Shown here piece by piece: positions 26,961 to 35,475 of a DNA stretch of 64,000 bases. Under the pieces are notes generated by a model. The model worked only from the letters and a program-made list of their open reading frames with translations, was not told where the DNA came from and ran no database searches. The position numbers and the translations under genes are program-made. Where the stretch lies: NCBI GenBank assembly GCA_964581105.1, contig CAZOMB010000003.1, positions 4,421 through 68,420 of the forward strand. Direction: 5' to 3'. The stretch comes from Candidatus Micrarchaeota archaeon (lineage in GTDB: Archaea; Micrarchaeota; Micrarchaeia; Anstonellales; Anstonellaceae). Position 1 is the stretch's first letter, and every line of letters starts with the position of its first letter.

Positions 26961-27253
26961 CTTTTGTTATCTTTTTCAACTTCCTGCAGCAAATGCTCAA
27001 TAGTGCATTCAGCTGCAAGTGTTTTTCTTCTGCTTTTATGCCCTGCAAGTATACTTACCTTGCAGCGCAGCATTTTTCCTAGTTCAGAAAGAAGAGCACG
27101 GTTGGCCTTTCCCTGCGTTGGCATCGCATTGATGCCCAGCTTTAGCACAAGCGGGTTAGTGCTGATAAGGGAGGCTGAAAACCTACCCTTGCCTGCACAT
27201 GCCCGGACAGTGAATACCGTCGTCAAGGCCATTGCCTCTGAAAAGATTCGCAA
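26957..27253 (-). CDS. DUF167 (YggU-like) family protein
   Basis: GKANRALLSELGKMLRCKVSILAGHKSRRK matches the DUF167 core GKAN..L...G.SR.K. Its stop overlaps the dnaG start by 4 nt. Confidence 0.5.
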   Translation of the reverse strand: MRIFSEAMALTTVFTVRACAGKGRFSASLISTNPLVLKLGINAMPTQGKANRALLSELGKMLRCKVSILAGHKSRRKTLAAECTIEHLLQEVEKDNKR

Positions 27254-27550
27254 GCTCGTGCCAGAAATTCCCTGGCATGTTCAGCAGCTTTTGGCTGCCC
27301 CGCAAGCCTCAATGGCAAGCGGAAATGAGCGTGAAATCTTGGTGATGCTTTCGTGATTCTTTCCTGGCTTTTTTCACATGTTTTCCTTCTTTATCATAAT
27401 GTGCGGTGCGCTGTTGACAGTACAATCACAGTGTTTACTCATGCTGCCATCCACGCACAGCAGCCAGATATGAATTTTGGGGTATATAAACCTGCCTGTT
27501 TTTGGTCGTGGTGCAGTATCCATAAGTTCCTCTCGATAAATAAAATAGGC

Positions 27551-28480
27551 TCAGGCTGGCTGCTGGCTGCCTGCAGCATCAGTTTCATTATTTTTGCCCA
27601 GTAGCTTCTTCGCACGCCCAGCTATCCTATCAAAAGCGTCCAAAGCTCTTGACAGACGGCATGTCTTCCTAATAAGGTGCACTATCAACCAGACAGAAAA
27701 CAATACTTCAAGCCCAGTGACAATCTCAGCAGTCCGGTTTACGACCTGGTTATAAAGGGTGAATTCCGTTTCGTTGAGCTGTTTTCCATTGACTGAATAA
27801 ACAAACTCGCAAGTGTCAGTGTTTATCTGTTTCCCCTCAGTCGAATAATATTTCCCGCCGGTATAGCTGTAGGAAAGGCCTTTCAATCCATAGTGGTAAT
27901 ACGAACCGCCCTTGCTGATGCTTCCATGCGTTTTCAAATGTTTGATTTCAGCTGAACTCAGCTTGTTGCCATGCTTGCCCTTGAAAACCGTCTCTGCAAT
28001 AATTGTAATTGGTAACCAACCACCTACTATGCCTAATGTGGCCCCAACTTTGCACTTAGTTTTACTATCATCAACATGTTCCATAATGTTCCGAGGATTA
28101 TTCGTGTCTGTGTTCTCATCTCTGTATTTTGAGTATATTTCCACTGCATCTTTGTTTAGAGATGTTTCCCCGATTTTTATTTCCTCTTTCTGTTTGGCTA
28201 TTTCTTTCTTGATGCTTTTGACCTCATCCTGCGCTTTTTTAGCCAAGTCCTCTGTCATCAGAGGTATAGCTTCTTCCTTCTTCTTTAATTCCTCTGTCTG
28301 TTCCTTCAGAAGTTTTTTAGATTTATTTAAATTTTTCAGATTTTTGTCAAATGCGACTGTTTGTTTAACATAGTTGTGGCGGTTCTCTCTCCACGCCCAT
28401 TCTATTTCCTTCTTTGAAGTCTTGTTGTATTTGTTGATAGTCCTAAGGCTCTTATGGATATGTTTGTTACTGTGTTTCAT
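27551..28480 (-). CDS. K/E-rich coiled-coil protein with a glycine-rich TM segment, AT-rich island family member 1
   Basis: A 309-aa protein in an AT-rich context with a long heptad-like K/E region, then VGATLGIVGGWLPITIIAETVF. Confidence 0.5.
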   Translation of the reverse strand: MKHSNKHIHKSLRTINKYNKTSKKEIEWAWRENRHNYVKQTVAFDKNLKNLNKSKKLLKEQTEELKKKEEAIPLMTEDLAKKAQDEVKSIKKEIAKQKEEIKIGETSLNKDAVEIYSKYRDENTDTNNPRNIMEHVDDSKTKCKVGATLGIVGGWLPITIIAETVFKGKHGNKLSSAEIKHLKTHGSISKGGSYYHYGLKGLSYSYTGGKYYSTEGKQINTDTCEFVYSVNGKQLNETEFTLYNQVVNRTAEIVTGLEVLFSVWLIVHLIRKTCRLSRALDAFDRIAGRAKKLLGKNNETDAAGSQQPA

Positions 28481-28624
28481 TCACACACCTCTGTTCAATA
28501 AATGTGTAACAACATGTTTATATATCTATGCCCACTTAAGGCTTTGTACACTAACCCCGGCTACAGTGTCAAAAAGATTCCTGAAAGGGACAAGCCAGCC
28601 ATCCTTGCGCAGCTCAATAAATAG

Positions 28625-28792
28625 TTAGCCTATCTTCAGCAAAATATATGCCAGCACAAGGGAGCCAACCCCTAAGACAAGGTTAAGAAGAGGGGTTTGG
28701 CTTACAAAAGCAAGCTTTATTCCTGCAAAAGGCAGCAAATTGTTTAAGGCAAACAGGAAAAGCATGCCTGCAATAAAGCTTCTCAGTTCCAT
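28625..28792 (-). CDS. Possible 55-aa 2-TM micro-protein, not in the ORF track
   Basis: MELRSFIAGMLFLFALNNLLPFAGIKLAFVSQTPLLNLVLGVGSLVLAYILLKIG. Below the 60-aa track cutoff, so speculative. Confidence 0.25.
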   Translation of the reverse strand: MELRSFIAGMLFLFALNNLLPFAGIKLAFVSQTPLLNLVLGVGSLVLAYILLKIG

Positions 28793-28867
28793 TTTTCTCA
28801 CTTGACACAGTTTGGCTGTATTGCTTTAAAAATCTTAATTGTGATTTTGAACACAGGAGGTGTGACT

Positions 28868-29410
28868 ATGAAAATGGACGTCAGGATAGGCCAATGCATG
28901 ACAGTCGGGGTATTCACGCTTCCTGCTGACAAGACTGTAAGGGATGCTGCAAAGCTTTTGAAAAGCACAAGGGTAGGCTCAATTATTATCACGCAAAAGG
29001 GAAAGGCAAAAGGGATTGTGACTGAAAGGGACATAGTTTACAAAGTAATTGCAGCAGGCAAAGACCCGAAAAAGACCAAGCTAAAGGCAATTATGGCAAG
29101 GCCCCTCAAGGTAATCAGGGCATCTGACAAGATTGAAAAGGCAGCACTTGCGCTTCGGGCAAACAGGGTGAAAAGGCTGCCTGTTGTTGACAAGGATGGC
29201 CGGCTGGTCGGCATAATAACAGAAGGCGACCTTGTAAGGGTATACCCTGGCATGGTTGACGTTATTTCTGAGCTTCAGGAAATCCGCCAGGCAAAGCCAA
29301 ATGAGAGGTATACTGGCATATGCGAAATCTGCGGCTGCTATGCAGAGGACCTTAAGAGGGATGAGGGAAAGCTCAAGTGCGAAGAATGCATTGATGAGGA
29401 AGCTGTTTAG
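28868..29410 (+). CDS. CBS-domain pair protein with a C-terminal Zn-ribbon
   Basis: AGGAGGTG then ATG at 28868. Two CBS motifs. C-terminal CEICGCYAEDLKRDEGKLKCEEC. Confidence 0.75.
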   Translation: MKMDVRIGQCMTVGVFTLPADKTVRDAAKLLKSTRVGSIIITQKGKAKGIVTERDIVYKVIAAGKDPKKTKLKAIMARPLKVIRASDKIEKAALALRANRVKRLPVVDKDGRLVGIITEGDLVRVYPGMVDVISELQEIRQAKPNERYTGICEICGCYAEDLKRDEGKLKCEECIDEEAV

Positions 29411-29447
29411 TATCTTTTCTTATTTTTTCCCATGCATTTAATGGCAT

Positions 29448-29834
29448 ATGGCATTTGGGACCTATAAAAAAGGCGCTCGCGCAGAGCGTGAGCTTATCAA
29501 GTTCTTCTCAGAAAAGGGCTTTTCAGTAATAAGGGCAGCAGGCTCAGGGGTAAATTCTCTTTCCCCTGATCTACTTGCATTCAAAAAAGGCAAGCAATAT
29601 GCAATTGAGTGCAAGGCATGGGACAAAACTTCCCTGTCTTTTGAAAAGCAAAGAGTGGCCTCAATGAAGCAATGGGAGGAAATAACAGGAATAACTTACC
29701 TTATTGGCTGGAGAATATCTCGCGAAGGCTGGCTGCTCTTCCCTGTGCATTTGCTTGAGGAAAAGAAAAAATCATTCACAATAACACTTTCAAAGGCAAA
29801 GTTGGCTGGAAGAACGCCTGATGAGCTTGCATAA
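29448..29834 (+). CDS. hjc: Holliday junction resolvase Hjc
   Basis: KGARAERELIKFFSEKGFSVIRAAGSG ... PDLLAF ... AIECKAW (the Hjc E-x-K catalytic core). Confidence 0.85.
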   Translation: MAFGTYKKGARAERELIKFFSEKGFSVIRAAGSGVNSLSPDLLAFKKGKQYAIECKAWDKTSLSFEKQRVASMKQWEEITGITYLIGWRISREGWLLFPVHLLEEKKKSFTITLSKAKLAGRTPDELA

Positions 29835-29840
29835 TAACCT

Positions 29841-29901
29841 GGCAGATGATGACAAGAACGACTCTGACCAAAATATGAAGACGTGACTTGACTCTGATGC
29901 C
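29841..29901 (+). ncRNA. C/D-box sRNA (2'-O-methylation guide)
   Basis: GGCAG-AUGAUGA(C)-CAAGAACGACU-CUGA(D')-CCAAAAUA-UGAAGA(C')-CGUGACUUGACU-CUGA(D)-UGCC. Terminal stem GGCA/UGCC, 11-12-nt guides and canonical box spacing. It is intergenic. Confidence 0.55.
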
Positions 29902-29923
29902 AAGCAATTACACAAAACAAGAA

Positions 29924-30181
29924 TCAAACAACAGGGGGAAGTCCCATCTGAGAAAGAAGCTCTAGCTTTTCCTTTTTTGAGAGCCTTCCATGGTTTCTTA
30001 TTCCTTCCTTAAAGGTTTCAAGGGTATTCTCATACTGGGTGAGTGAGCCCTCATTCTTGTTGTAGCGCTTTCGCTGCTCATCAAGGTAACGGCTCCATGC
30101 GCCGCTTATTTCGTTTTTTATTTCCTCACTCATTCTAATCACCGTCAGTGCGTATCCTCTCTGGCAGAATAGTTTCTGCAA
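29924..30181 (-). CDS. Hypothetical small protein
   Basis: An 85-aa ORF, or 69 aa from the internal Met. Confidence 0.35.
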   Translation of the reverse strand: MQKLFCQRGYALTVIRMSEEIKNEISGAWSRYLDEQRKRYNKNEGSLTQYENTLETFKEGIRNHGRLSKKEKLELLSQMGLPPVV

Positions 30182-30249
30182 AAGGCGCAGTCTTCTATTT
30201 ATGCCAGAGCATATTTATTAACCTGCCCCTCTTCCCCGAAGAGGGCGCA

Positions 30250-31368
30250 TTACCCTTTGAGCTTTTCAAGCCTTAAGCACCATGCACTGTAAATGGCAAG
30301 GCTTATTGCCCCTGCAATGAATATTGGCGAAAAGCCAAATTGCTGCACAACAAAGCCTGATACTCCCATTGCAACAAATACGCCGATTCCCGGCGGTATA
30401 TGCAGCAGAGCAATCTCAGTTGCAACATTCTTGCTCTGCCTTGCATCAAGGTAAATTATCCTTTCCCAAAGAAAAGCAAGCAATGAGTCCCCTAATGCCA
30501 TCAGCAGAAAAAAGTAAGCAGCAAGGCCAGTTTCAGCAAGCCCCATGCCTGCAAGAGAGACTACAAATATCAGGCTGCCAAAAACTGCTGCAGGCCTGAC
30601 ATTGATTTTCATGTGGGAAAAAATATTGAGCGCAAGGCCAAATATCAGGAAATAAGCAGCATAAAGCAACCCTATCTGCTGAAGTGAAAACCCGATGCTC
30701 TTGAAAAAGATTGGGGCAACCAGATAAACAATTACCATGTAAAAAGTGGAGCCGGTGGCCATTGCGCCTGCTGTTTCGTAAAACCTTTTTGTCTTTTTTT
30801 TCAGGCTAAGGTCAGAAAGCTTTATTGCTGATTTTGCCCTCCTGTTTTTCACTTTTGCTGAAGTGAAAATCATTATGATTGAAAGCACTGCAGCCAAAAG
30901 GAAAAGTATCTCAAATCCCCCTAATGGGAAAAGAAGGCCCACTGCAAGGCTTCCAAGTGCAAAATAAAACTGCCTGCCAGAAATCATTCCCCCTAGGACA
31001 AAATGCTCCCTGCTCGGGGCTGCTGCAATCAAGCTGCTCCTGTTCACTGCCCATATGAAAGAGTCTTTTGCCCCATGAAGCACTTTTCCCACTGCAAAGC
31101 CAACAGGAGTTGTTGAAAGCCAGTAGGCAGCAACCTCTGCAAAAGTGGATATGCCGTTCAGGTAATAGAAAAGCCTGTCGCCAACTGAATCTGCAATAAG
31201 GCCGCTTGCTGTCCTTATGACAAGCTTTGCAAGCGAGGCAATGGCAAATACCAGGCCAATTGCAGCAATGTCAATTCCCCGCTCAAGCATAAGCAATGGC
31301 ACAGCTATTGTCATTATGCCGATTATGAATGAGTCGAAAAAATTCAGGGAAAATATTCGCTTTACCAC
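30250..31368 (-). CDS. MFS transporter
   Basis: Twelve predicted TM helices. The ORF track's N-terminus runs through the tRNA-His gene, so the true start is downstream (GTG about 31368, after TATAAAAAAG at ~31400). Confidence 0.7.
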   Translation of the reverse strand: MVKRIFSLNFFDSFIIGIMTIAVPLLMLERGIDIAAIGLVFAIASLAKLVIRTASGLIADSVGDRLFYYLNGISTFAEVAAYWLSTTPVGFAVGKVLHGAKDSFIWAVNRSSLIAAAPSREHFVLGGMISGRQFYFALGSLAVGLLFPLGGFEILFLLAAVLSIIMIFTSAKVKNRRAKSAIKLSDLSLKKKTKRFYETAGAMATGSTFYMVIVYLVAPIFFKSIGFSLQQIGLLYAAYFLIFGLALNIFSHMKINVRPAAVFGSLIFVVSLAGMGLAETGLAAYFFLLMALGDSLLAFLWERIIYLDARQSKNVATEIALLHIPPGIGVFVAMGVSGFVVQQFGFSPIFIAGAISLAIYSAWCLRLEKLKG

Positions 31369-31439
31369 ATCTACACCTTGGGAATCAAAGTTAAAGTAGG
31401 CGTTCTTTTTTATACTGCTCGTACCAAATAATGACCTGC

Positions 31440-31511
31440 GGCCACGGTGATGTAACGGTAGCATGGGGGCCTGTGGAGCCCTTCGCCCGAGTTCGAGTCT
31501 CGGCTGTGGCC
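31440..31511 (+). tRNA. tRNA-His (anticodon GUG) with an encoded G-1
   Basis: G-1 pairs with C73. Acceptor GCCACGG/CTGTGGC, D-arm ATGT..GCAT, anticodon arm GGGGC-CTGTGGA-GCCCT, T-arm CCGAG-TTCGAGT-CTCGG. Confidence 0.8.
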
Positions 31512-31634
31512 TCATTTCATTCGGCCACATCTCGCCAGCCTGCGGCTGTCGATCGGCTGTGGCCTGTCTTTTTCCTTGTTTTTCCAATCCATTGACTGCA
31601 ACTATTATAAATGTTATGAATATATATTCATTAT

Positions 31635-31937
31635 ATGGCAAGGCCGAAAAAGTGCAAGATGGTATTTGCAGAGCCAGGTATCACTTACTTTAAGCCCCGC
31701 GCAGTGCCGCTTATTGAGCTTAAGGAGGTTGAGCTTGCTGTTGAGGAGTTTGAGGCTGTCAGGATAAGTGACCTTCAAGGCGCAGGCCAGGTCAGTGCAG
31801 CGAAAAAAATGAAAGTTTCACAGCCAACACTCCACAGGCTGCTTGGTTCTGCGCACAGGAAAATCGCAGATGCACTTGTAAACGGAAAAGCAATCAAGAT
31901 ACATGGAGGAAATTATTCTGTAAAGAAAAAGAGGTGA
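31635..31937 (+). CDS. DUF134-family predicted DNA-binding protein
   Basis: MARPKKCKMVFAEPGITYFKPRAVPLIELKEVELAVEEFEAVRISDLQGAGQVSAAKKMKVSQPTLHRLL. TATA ATTATAAATG lies about 30 nt upstream. Confidence 0.7.
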   Translation: MARPKKCKMVFAEPGITYFKPRAVPLIELKEVELAVEEFEAVRISDLQGAGQVSAAKKMKVSQPTLHRLLGSAHRKIADALVNGKAIKIHGGNYSVKKKR

Positions 31938-31942
31938 TTTGA

Positions 31943-32251
31943 ATGCCATGGGGAGACGGGACAGGCCCTTGGTGGGCAGGAAACAGTGGATGGAATTGCA
32001 GGAGGGGCTTTGGCAGAGGCCAAGGCTTTGGCAGAGGCCAAGGCTTTGGAAGAGGAGGCTTTGGAAGAGGATTTGGCCAGGGATTTGGCAGAGGAGGAGT
32101 TAACATCCCGTTTTTCGGCCAGCAGCAAAGCCAGGAAGCCGCAGTGCCTGCACAGGAAGAGCTTCAGGAGCTTAAGGAATATGCCCAGGAGCTAAAAGGA
32201 GAGCTTGACGAAATAAAGAAGAGGATGGCAGAGCTTCAGAAGAAAAAATAG
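31943..32251 (+). CDS. DUF5320-like protein: Gly/Arg-rich FGRG repeats plus a coiled-coil tail
   Basis: MPWGDGTGPWW...GFGRGQGFGRGQGFGRGGFGRGFGQGFGRGG, encoded by 18-nt tandem DNA repeats, then E/K-rich helix. Confidence 0.5.
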   Translation: MPWGDGTGPWWAGNSGWNCRRGFGRGQGFGRGQGFGRGGFGRGFGQGFGRGGVNIPFFGQQQSQEAAVPAQEELQELKEYAQELKGELDEIKKRMAELQKKK

Positions 32252-32260
32252 GTGGATCAT

Positions 32261-32680
32261 ATGAAAATAATTGTCGCAAGCTCAGGAAAAGGCCTAAATG
32301 CGAATGTTTTCCCTGTTTTTGGCAGGTGCCCTTCATTTTCCCTGGTGGAAGCAGATGGAAAGAAAATAACAGGAGAAAAAGAAGTTGCAAACCCTGGCTA
32401 TCAGGCAGGGGGAGGCGCAGGCATAGTTGCTGCCCAGGCTGTTATTGACGCAGGGGCTCAGGCAGTCATTGCAGGCAACTTCGGGCCAAACGCAGGCATG
32501 GTCCTTTCACAGGCAGGCATAAGCGTTTACTCTGTTGCAGGCGGCACAGTAAAGCAGGCAGTTGAAAGCCTGATTGCAGGAAAACTTCCGCCTGCTTCGC
32601 AGGTTCCAGGCCACTTTGGCATGCAAAGGGGAATGGGCGGAGGAATGCGAAGAGGGCGCTTTAGGGGAGGAAGGCAATGA
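32261..32680 (+). CDS. Dinitrogenase FeMo-cofactor-binding family protein (NifX/NifB C-terminal domain-like)
   Basis: MKIIVASSGKGLNANVFPVFGRCPSFSLVEADG ... AVIAGNFGPNA. AGGTGG lies before the ATG at 32261. Confidence 0.75.
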   Translation: MKIIVASSGKGLNANVFPVFGRCPSFSLVEADGKKITGEKEVANPGYQAGGGAGIVAAQAVIDAGAQAVIAGNFGPNAGMVLSQAGISVYSVAGGTVKQAVESLIAGKLPPASQVPGHFGMQRGMGGGMRRGRFRGGRQ

Positions 32681-33027
32681 AAATCGCAATAGCCTCCCAG
32701 GGAAACGGAATAAAGGGAGAAGTGGCAGGGCATTTTGGCACATGCCCTGAATTTGTCCTTGTTGAAGCAAAGGATGGCAAAACAATTTCAGCAAAAACCT
32801 TTCCAAACCCATGTTTTGGCAAGCACATGCCTGGCGAGGTTCCCAAATTCATGAAAGAGATTGGCGCTGATATTGTGATAGCAGGGGGAATAGGCCCTTT
32901 GGCAGTAAAATTTCTCAACGAATACCAGATAAAAATGGTCACAGGGGTAAAAGGGAAAATTGAAGGCATTGTATCTGATTACCTTGAAGGGAAGCTGAAA
33001 GCAATGGAAAACGATTGCAGCCATTGA
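32677..33027 (+). CDS. Dinitrogenase FeMo-cofactor-binding family protein (NifX/NifB C-terminal domain-like), paralog
   Basis: MKIAIASQGNGIKGEVAGHFGTCPEFVLVEAKDG ... IVIAGGIGPLA. Confidence 0.75.
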   Translation: MKIAIASQGNGIKGEVAGHFGTCPEFVLVEAKDGKTISAKTFPNPCFGKHMPGEVPKFMKEIGADIVIAGGIGPLAVKFLNEYQIKMVTGVKGKIEGIVSDYLEGKLKAMENDCSH

Positions 33028-33047
33028 AAGGATTTGAGGGTTTTGCC

Positions 33048-33770
33048 ATGAAAATGCCGAATAAGCGAATTGCAAAAAGGATTGTGCCAGACCCTGAAAG
33101 ATATGATAAATGGTACAAAAAGCCATTTGGTAAATATGCTGACAGGCTTGAGAAAAACCTAGTATTGCTCTTCCTGGGCAACGCAAAAGGCATGAAAATA
33201 CTTGATGTTGGCTGCGGAACAGGCAATTACTGCCTTCTGCTTGCGAAAATGGGCGCACAAATGACTGGCATAGATTCATCCAGGAAAATGATATCAAGGG
33301 CAAAAGAAAAGGCAAAGAGGCAAGGGATCCAGGCAAAATTCCATATCGGGAGCGCTGAAAGCCTGCCCTTTAAGCCAAAAAGCTTTGATGCTGTTATATC
33401 TGTTGCAGCCTGCGAGTTTTTCACTGACATGGGAAAAGCAGCCGATGAAATGAAGCGCGTAGTTAAAGGTAATGGAAAAATTGTAATCGGGCTGATAAAC
33501 AAGTGGAGCCTTTATTGCTCTGGAAAGAGGCTTATAAGCATTTTCAAAGAGGACTCTGTTTACAAGCGCGCAAAGTTTTACAGCATACTTGGGCTGAAGA
33601 AAATTTTTGGGGGGGAAGTAAAGTGGGGCAGCACGCTTTTTGCGCAGGAGTGGTTCCCTTCCTGGCTTTTGCAGCTTTCATGCAGGTTTGAAGGCATTCT
33701 CTCAAAAGTTCTCAAGCCGTTCGGAGCATTTCTAGTCCTGAAAATAAAGCCAGAAAAGGGGATAAAATGA
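33048..33770 (+). CDS. Class I SAM-dependent methyltransferase
   Basis: ILDVGCGTGNYCLLLAKMGAQMTGIDSS (motif I), followed by later motifs. Confidence 0.8.
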   Translation: MKMPNKRIAKRIVPDPERYDKWYKKPFGKYADRLEKNLVLLFLGNAKGMKILDVGCGTGNYCLLLAKMGAQMTGIDSSRKMISRAKEKAKRQGIQAKFHIGSAESLPFKPKSFDAVISVAACEFFTDMGKAADEMKRVVKGNGKIVIGLINKWSLYCSGKRLISIFKEDSVYKRAKFYSILGLKKIFGGEVKWGSTLFAQEWFPSWLLQLSCRFEGILSKVLKPFGAFLVLKIKPEKGIK

Positions 33771-34591
33771 AAATAGCTGTCACTGGAGGCAAAGGAGGCA
33801 CAGGAAAAACAGTCATAGCAGTGAACCTTGCTGTTTGCCTTGCAAAGCTTGGGAAAAAAGTCGCTTACCTTGACTGTGATGCAGACTGCCCAAGCTCACA
33901 CCTTATTGTGGGCGCAAGCCTTCAAAAAAAGGAAAAAGTCAGCTCATTTTTCCCAATTATCGACAAAAACAAATGCAGGAAATGCGGAATGTGCGTTCAA
34001 AACTGTGAGTTTAATGCGCTTTACCAATTGAAAGGCAAACCCCCTGAACTGGTACAGTCGCTCTGCAGCGGCTGTGGCGCGTGCATGATTGCCTGCCCTT
34101 ATGGGGCAATAAAAGAAGGGAAAAAAACAATTGGCTGGACTTTTTCCTTCAGAAAATACGGGGTCCATTTCTTTTCAGGAAAGCTAAAGCCATCAGAGCC
34201 TTTGACTGAGAAGATAGTTGATGCAGTAAAGAAAAGGGGAATGCAGGGAAAATATGACATTATTATTGTGGATACTGCCGCAGGCGCGCACTGCCAGGTT
34301 GTTTCTGCTCTTGAGGGATGTGACAAGGCATTTGCAGTGACAGAGCCGACACTTTTTGGCAGGCACGACCTGAAAGTAATATCAAAAGTCCTGGAAAAAA
34401 TGAAAATCCAATATGAAATCATTCTCAACAGGAGCACAATCTCAAAAACCAGGGTAAAGTCAGTGCTTCAAATCCCGTATGACAGGAAAATGATAGAGTG
34501 CTATGTTCTTGCAGTGCCGATTGTTGAAAAGTACCCAAACCACCCAATTTCAAGAAAAATTGCTGCACTGGCAAAGAGGCTGTTAAAATGA
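33767..34591 (+). CDS. MinD/Mrp-superfamily P-loop ATPase with an inserted 4Fe-4S ferredoxin domain
   Basis: VTGGKGGTGKT. CRKCGMCVQNCEFNA and CSGCGACMIACPYGA. Start codon overlaps the preceding gene. Confidence 0.8.
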   Translation: MKIAVTGGKGGTGKTVIAVNLAVCLAKLGKKVAYLDCDADCPSSHLIVGASLQKKEKVSSFFPIIDKNKCRKCGMCVQNCEFNALYQLKGKPPELVQSLCSGCGACMIACPYGAIKEGKKTIGWTFSFRKYGVHFFSGKLKPSEPLTEKIVDAVKKRGMQGKYDIIIVDTAAGAHCQVVSALEGCDKAFAVTEPTLFGRHDLKVISKVLEKMKIQYEIILNRSTISKTRVKSVLQIPYDRKMIECYVLAVPIVEKYPNHPISRKIAALAKRLLK

Positions 34592-35475
34592 AAATAGTTA
34601 TCTTCAGCGGAAAAGGAGGAACAGGAAAGTCAGTTGTTGCCTCATCCCTTGCTCTTGGCCTTAGGGAAAATATTGTTCTTGTTGATGCTGATTCTGACTG
34701 CCCAAACCAGCATTTGCTGTTCCCAGGGAAAGTTTTGAGGAGGGAAAAGCTTTATTTGACAAAGTTTGCTGTTATTGGAAAGGGCTGCAAGGGGGCAAAA
34801 GGGATTGAAAAAGTGTGCAGGTTCGGCGCAATAAAAACAATCAATGGGAAGCCAACTGTTGACAAGGGAAAATGCGAAGGCTGCGGAGCCTGCGTCCTTG
34901 TCTGCCCGAAGGGCACTGCAAAACTTGTGCCAAAGCTGACAGGAAAGCTTATTGTTTCACAAACAGGGAATTTCCCCCTTGTTTGTGCAAGGCTTGAGCC
35001 AGGCGAGTCAGGCACAGGGAAGCTTGTTTTCAAGGCAAAGGAGGCAGCTGAAGAGATTGCAAGGCAAAACAGGATAAACACAACGCTTATTGATGCGCCT
35101 GCTGGGATTGGCTGCCCTGTAATAGCTGCTGTTGGGGGCTGTGATTATGCTCTAGGGGTGGTTGAGCCGACACAGGCAAGCATAGCAAACCTTGAAAGGG
35201 CGCTTGAGGTTGTGAAGCACTTCAAAGTTCCGTTCTCAATAATCCTGAACAAGGAGGGAATCTCAAAAAAATATGAAAAGGAGATTAAAAGAAAATTCAG
35301 GGGAAAGCTTATTGCAAAAATACCTCATGACAAAGAAGTGCCCCTTCTTCTTGCAAAAGGGGTGCCCCCGATAAAAGGAAAGGGGAAGGCTGCAAAAGCC
35401 CTGCGGCAATTTGTTAATGCGGTTGAAAAAGGAACATATAAAAGCCAAGCCATCGTTGGGAGAAGACATGGCTAA
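34588..35475 (+). CDS. MinD/Mrp-superfamily P-loop ATPase with an inserted 4Fe-4S ferredoxin domain, paralog
   Basis: FSGKGGTGKS. CEGCGACVLVCPKG. Overlapping start and stop with its neighbours. Confidence 0.8.
   Translation: MKIVIFSGKGGTGKSVVASSLALGLRENIVLVDADSDCPNQHLLFPGKVLRREKLYLTKFAVIGKGCKGAKGIEKVCRFGAIKTINGKPTVDKGKCEGCGACVLVCPKGTAKLVPKLTGKLIVSQTGNFPLVCARLEPGESGTGKLVFKAKEAAEEIARQNRINTTLIDAPAGIGCPVIAAVGGCDYALGVVEPTQASIANLERALEVVKHFKVPFSIILNKEGISKKYEKEIKRKFRGKLIAKIPHDKEVPLLLAKGVPPIKGKGKAAKALRQFVNAVEKGTYKSQAIVGRRHG

Noticed and set aside
26481-27356. ORF 26481..27356 (+, 291 aa)
   Set aside because: Antisense to the dnaG 5' region and to the DUF167 gene, whose GKAN..SRRK motif supports the minus-strand frame.
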